In this document: piece after piece, positions 59,590 to 64,000 of the stretch | How the letters are laid out: the number at the start of each line of letters is the position of its first letter | Position numbering within the stretch: position 1 is the stretch's first letter | NCBI GenBank assembly: GCA_965603825.1 | Contig: CBFDEM010000009.1 | Coordinates: forward strand, 62,001 to 126,000 | From: Blepharisma stoltei ATCC 30299 | Lineage: Eukaryota > Protista > Ciliophora | Direction of reading: 5' to 3' | DNA: 64,000 bases | Position numbers and translations under genes: made by a program | The notes under the pieces: model-generated | Seen by the model: only the letters and a program-made list of their open reading frames with translations | What the model was told of the DNA's origin: nothing | The model's database searches: none

Positions 59590-61855
59590 TTAATTAAAGG
59601 TAAATCCTTTATCTGCAGCTTTTGTGGTATGTGGAGTATTTTTTGGGAAGAGCGGGTTATACTTTAAAGCTGGTGCTGGATTATGATCGCCAAGGCTAGT
59701 CTTTCTATTGTGATTGAGGTTATTCGGGTTAGGCCGCTGGCTCCTTACTCTCTTAATAGGCTCTTTGAAAAAAGGATGCGATACAGCTTCATCGACAGTT
59801 AGTCTATTATTTGGGTACCACGTTAAACATCCTAAAATAACGCTTACTTTCAACGAAATTAATAAAATGTGGCTCAGCTCCAGCAAGAAGTTCTGGTATA
59901 CTCTTGCTTCCTGGGTTTCTTTTCTTCCCTCTGCTATTCGGCACAATTCTCGGAGCATTTCTTGCATCGAAGAACATTCTTTTCCTGGATGCTTTTTCCA
60001 AAAACTTTTCTGGAGGAATTCCAAGGACTTCCATCATACAAAGTAGTAAATCGGTCTCATTTTCGCCAGGGAAGAGCGGATATCCTGTATAAAGTTCAAA
60101 GATAATGCAGCCCAAAGACCAAATATCAATGGCTTCATTATAATCAACACCTAAAACAATTTCTGGCGCTCGATAAAAGCGACTTTGTATATAAGTGAAT
60201 ACTTTGCCATTGACAAAGCATGCAGAGCCAAAGTCAATTAATTTTATATCATTTGACCCATCAGGTTTAAGAAGGATATTTTCTGGCTTTAAATCGCAGT
60301 GGATCAGATCTAAAGTTTTAAGCAATTTCAAAGCCTGCACAATTTGAAAGCCAATTTTTCTAACAATTGAAATATTTACACCACCGAAATTGGCAGTTTT
60401 GAGCAAGTCATATAAATTGGAGCTGAGGACTTCGAAGCCCATGCATAAATGCTTACGAAACATGAAAAAATCTTTCATGTGAACCACATTATAGCTGTCT
60501 TTTGGATCATTGTCTCTGACAAGCTTTAATATCCTTACCTCATCTTCTGCTTGTTTTGTGAATTTTACCTTATTTCTAATAATTTTCATTGCTAAAAACT
60601 CTTTCAGTTTATTGTCAAAGACTTTTACTACCTGGCCAAATGATCCTTTGCCAAGTATTTCGATTACTTCATATCGATATCCAAGGTGATCTCCTATAAC
60701 AACATTATAGTCACCGTTTTCATCATCGAAGCCGTTATTAAAGCTTACTCCATAAGTTTGAAGTTTTTGGCATTTTAGTCCTAAGCAATATATCTCTTTG
60801 TATTCTAAAATCTCTGTATGTTCAAAAGTACTTAAAAAATACTTAAACAGTCTATAGGCAACAGGAGCTGAAAGAGGCAAAGCCATTGAATCAAATTTCG
60901 TCTGAGGATCTTCACTTATTCTTTGCTGAGGCATGCTCGGCTGAGCTGACTGAGGTGTGGTTGGTGTAAGCAGAGGACTAGGTGGAGGTTGAGGACTAGA
61001 TTGAGCTGGTTGAGGAGTAGACTGGCCTGGCTGAGGACTAGGCTGAGCTGGCTGAGGGGTTGGCGGAGCTTGCTGAGGAGTAGATGAGGCTTGTTGAGGG
61101 CTAGGTGGTGCTTGTTGAGGACTAGACGGAGTTAACTGTGGGCTAGATGATGTTGTAGCTTTTGATGTCAGCGACGCAGAAAGATCTGCTTTTTTAACAG
61201 GCTGCTTTGGAGACAATGATTTTTTTGGCATAAGTTTATCAATTGCCGACATAGAAGGCGCCGATGTTACTACCTTCAAGCTTCGTGAGGTATCCGAACC
61301 ACTTGCTGGCTCTTTTCTTGGAGATCGTGGGGAGTTTTGAGTTAATTTATCCATTGATGGCATAGAAGGTGAAGGTCCCAATTTTTTCAAGTTGAGAGAG
61401 ATGTCTGAAGACCTCCCTTTTGGCATCTCTTTTTTGGGAGATTGAGATGGCTGCTTTGATACAAGTTTATCCTTTGCTGGCTGTGAAGGGGAAGGTGTTA
61501 GTCTTTTCAAGGCACCTGAGATGTCCAAGGCTTTCAAGGTAGCTGAAATATTTAAGGTATTCCCATTTGTTGATTCTTTTTTAGCAGGCTGAGGAGATTT
61601 AAATTGGGGTGTAGCTGGCTTTTTGGCTTGAGGAGCTGCTTGGGAAGCTTTTGTTGATGGGCTCACAGCAGACTTTAGAGAATTTCTAGGAGAGACAACA
61701 GAAGTTGCAGGTTTTTTTGTTGTGTTGTCACTAGAAATTTTTTGTTGAGCTTTATGCAGACGTGAAGTGAGCTCTGAAATAGTGAGTTTGTGGAATTTAG
61801 TTTCTTCTGAAGCACTTCCAGACTTGAGGTTTAGCTTTGGTTTAGGAGAAGTCAT
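59590..61855 (-). CDS. DYRK family (class II-like) kinase with long S/P/Q-rich N-terminus, one intron
   Basis: NNGFDDENGDY, GKGSFGQV, HCDLKPEN, TYIQSRFYRAPE; removing a 16-nt intron gives FVERCLTWYPNNRLT..HPF; first ATG at 61855. Confidence 0.93.
59832..59847 (-). other. 16-nt spliceosomal intron GTAAGCGTTATTTTAG
   Basis: Exactly accounts for the frame change between ORFs 59807-61864 and 59590-60024 in kinase subdomain XI. Confidence 0.92.
60941..61150 (-). repeat. Degenerate 21-nt coding tandem repeat (about 10 x[S/T]PQxxx heptads)
   Basis: SSPQLTP SSPQQAP PSPQQAS STPQQAP PTPQPAQ PSPQPGQ STPQPAQ SSPQPPP ... TTPQSAQ. Confidence 0.85.
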
Positions 61856-62177
61856 TATATCCAAAATGAAAAAAATAAAATGTACACACAGTTTTAACTA
61901 AGAAAATTATCCAAATTAATAGTTAGTTCAGAGAAGCATCCTTCAAAGACTGTCATATTCAACAGATAAACATAAGAATTTTCATTAATTGATATCATAC
62001 CCATATCAATCTTAAGAATACAAAAATTCATATAAACTGCTTAAACTATTATTTGATGATAAGAAATTACCACATCCAAATTAAATTTTAATCAGTTTAC
62101 TTTAATTATTCTTAATTTTTGATTTTTCTAAAATAAATTTTTTAAAAAAAGGGAACAGAATGTGAAATTTCACAATA

Positions 62178-63839
62178 TTAACTAAAGTTATGAGGCGGAT
62201 TTAAATCGAACTGTGGAGAACTTGTAAGATATTTTAAAGTTTCATCTTTAAATGTAAATAATAAGCTAAACTCATGCGGGGTAATGGCCAAAATCGAAGT
62301 TTGTGCAGAAGCTGATATAACAGAATATTTAGCAGGAGTTCTATCTCCTGCAAGCACTCTTTGTCCGAAATAGCTACCTCTAGGCAGCTGAAAATCTTTC
62401 ATGCTCATCTTGTATGAAATTTTATTTTTTGATTCACTATATTGTGCTATTTTAGCAGGATAAGTGATCTTGACTCTTCCTTGGTAAACTATAAACATTC
62501 CTTTAGGAATGCTGTTAGCTTCAAGCACAGGCTCTTCTAATCCGTATGAGACTTTATTCAAAGTATTGGCCAAAAGTGCTAAATCAATTGAAGGGATATG
62601 CTCAAACGGGCCTAAGCCACATAAAAAGGTCAAAATTTTGCTACCAACATCAATATTAGCTCGGACTGACTTCATATAGTCTTCAGCTGTAATTTTAATT
62701 AAATGGCATTTTTCCCCTGAAAAGCATGATGCTGTTCTCTTATCATTTGCATTGTTGATATTTCCTCTAACTATTGCATATTCGCCAATAACTTCTCCAT
62801 CATATCTTGAATTTACAATATAAGGCATTTCTCCAAGCCTTATTGGTTCTTGCTGCACAGCTATTGATCCTCTTAAAACAACATATAAGCACCTTCCTAC
62901 ATCTCCTTCTTTGAAAATCATTTGTCCTTTATTATAAAATTCATAATTAGCTACTCTCAGCATTTGTTTAACAATATCTGCTTTGTATTGAATAAAAAAT
63001 TTTAAATGCCTTGTTAAATCATACATTGTGTCGACATCTCGATCAAAGCCAGGCTTTTGTAATTCTTCTACCAAAAAATCTACGCATTGAAGGCTTAAGG
63101 AGTATGTGTCTGGGATTGGAGAATAAGCATAGTGACGCCTTGGAGAATAAGAAGATTTGACTTGATTTTTGCTAGATTTTTTGTGAGATTGGTTTACTGG
63201 CCTGTCTTTATATAATAATCCAGCTGAAAGAAGAATTTCAGAGGTGCTTTTCCTACTCCCAAGAGATTCCAAAAATTTATAAGTTTCGAGTAAATTGGGC
63301 TCATGCTTATTTTGTGGGCTGGGAATTTTGTCAATGTTGTTACATGATTCTATAGAGTTATATATAAAACTGTTATGAGTATGCCCGGTGTTATTTTTAT
63401 TAGGAGTTTTCATCCCTCTGCTGGCTAATTCCAGTGAAATTTTTCCTGTAGGGGACTGGCTTGATGAATGAACTGCATCATTAATATTTTTTCCTTGATT
63501 TATATTAATATTTCTATGCGATGATGAGTTTCTGGCTTTCGATAAATTCAAGCGTGGCTTGATTTTTGATGATAAAATATCTGGCAAAGATGAGTCCTGG
63601 GTTAAAACTTTGTTCTCTTTTGGTGTGTCTCGGTCTAATTCGGCTATTTTGACAAGCATTTTTTCATTATTCTTTAAGTGATTTGTACTGATGATGTGAT
63701 CTCTGAATCCCAGCTTATTTTTAGGGGATGCCAATAAATTTGAAAATGAGGCTAGGGGACTATAAGACCATTCTCTCTCTTCAATATTTTTAAGTTCATT
63801 TCACGGCTTTATATTGACAGCACTGGAAGTTTTTTTCAT
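62178..63839 (-). CDS. Protein with two cyclic nucleotide-binding domains
   Basis: IFKEGDVG..YVVLRGS..GEYAI..RTASC and GMFIVYQGRV..GSYFGQ; ATG at 63839 reached through TGA at 63801-63803. Confidence 0.85.
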
Positions 63840-64000
63840 TTTATTATAATGAATTCTTTCATTTACTTGAATTTAAAATTTTGATCAAGCTGATTTTAAT
63901 ACTTATATTAAATTATTGATGCTTATGCGCTTTAATAAGATTTTTAATATCTTCTAGTGCTCTTAATCTAGAGCTCACAGCTTGCCCTCGATCATCTGTC

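Noticed and set aside
519-60105. Numerous short antisense or alternate-frame ORFs in the track (e.g. 519-839, 8723-9139, 10974-11315, 53850-54158, 59714-60046)
   Set aside because: They are shadows of well-supported genes and have no recognisable motifs.
1-64000. Mycoplasma-like bacterial or mitochondrial origin suggested by UGA=Trp and low GC
   Set aside because: The genes are nuclear eukaryotic (NOP58, eIF5, Gemin2, DYRK, PI4K) and contain spliceosomal introns.
1-64000. Telomeric CCCTAACA repeats, tRNA/rRNA/snRNA genes, transposases, CRISPR arrays
   Set aside because: None recognised by eye. Small ncRNAs in the longer spacers (4458-4971, 11946-12644, 23884-24448, 57778-58447) cannot be excluded without an Infernal or tRNAscan search.

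Overview
This is gene-dense (about 41 protein-coding genes), AT-rich eukaryotic nuclear DNA from a ciliate, most likely the macronuclear genome of a heterotrich such as Blepharisma (inferred, not looked up). Two properties explain why the supplied ORF track is fragmented. First, TGA encodes Trp and only TAA/TAG terminate: TGA falls on conserved Trp positions in sulfite oxidase, DYRK, PI4K, eIF5, TGS1, Gemin2 and calpain. Second, the genes carry tiny GT..AG introns: seven of 15 nt, one of 16 nt and one that apparently must be 18 nt. Applying both rules joins the fragments into intact genes and reveals a MED10-like gene that the track missed entirely. Intergenic spacers are often only 8-50 bp. 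I found no rRNA, tRNA, telomeric repeat, transposon or CRISPR array. The most unusual items are the frame-requiring 18-nt intron with a tandem acceptor in LMBRD2, two start codons only 15 bp apart head-to-head, a TGS1-like enzyme missing its cap-binding motif, an intact Moco enzyme, an inverted FYVE-like paralog pair and a 383-aa internal duplication in an IQCE-like EF-hand protein. Family assignments come from remembered motifs, not database searches.
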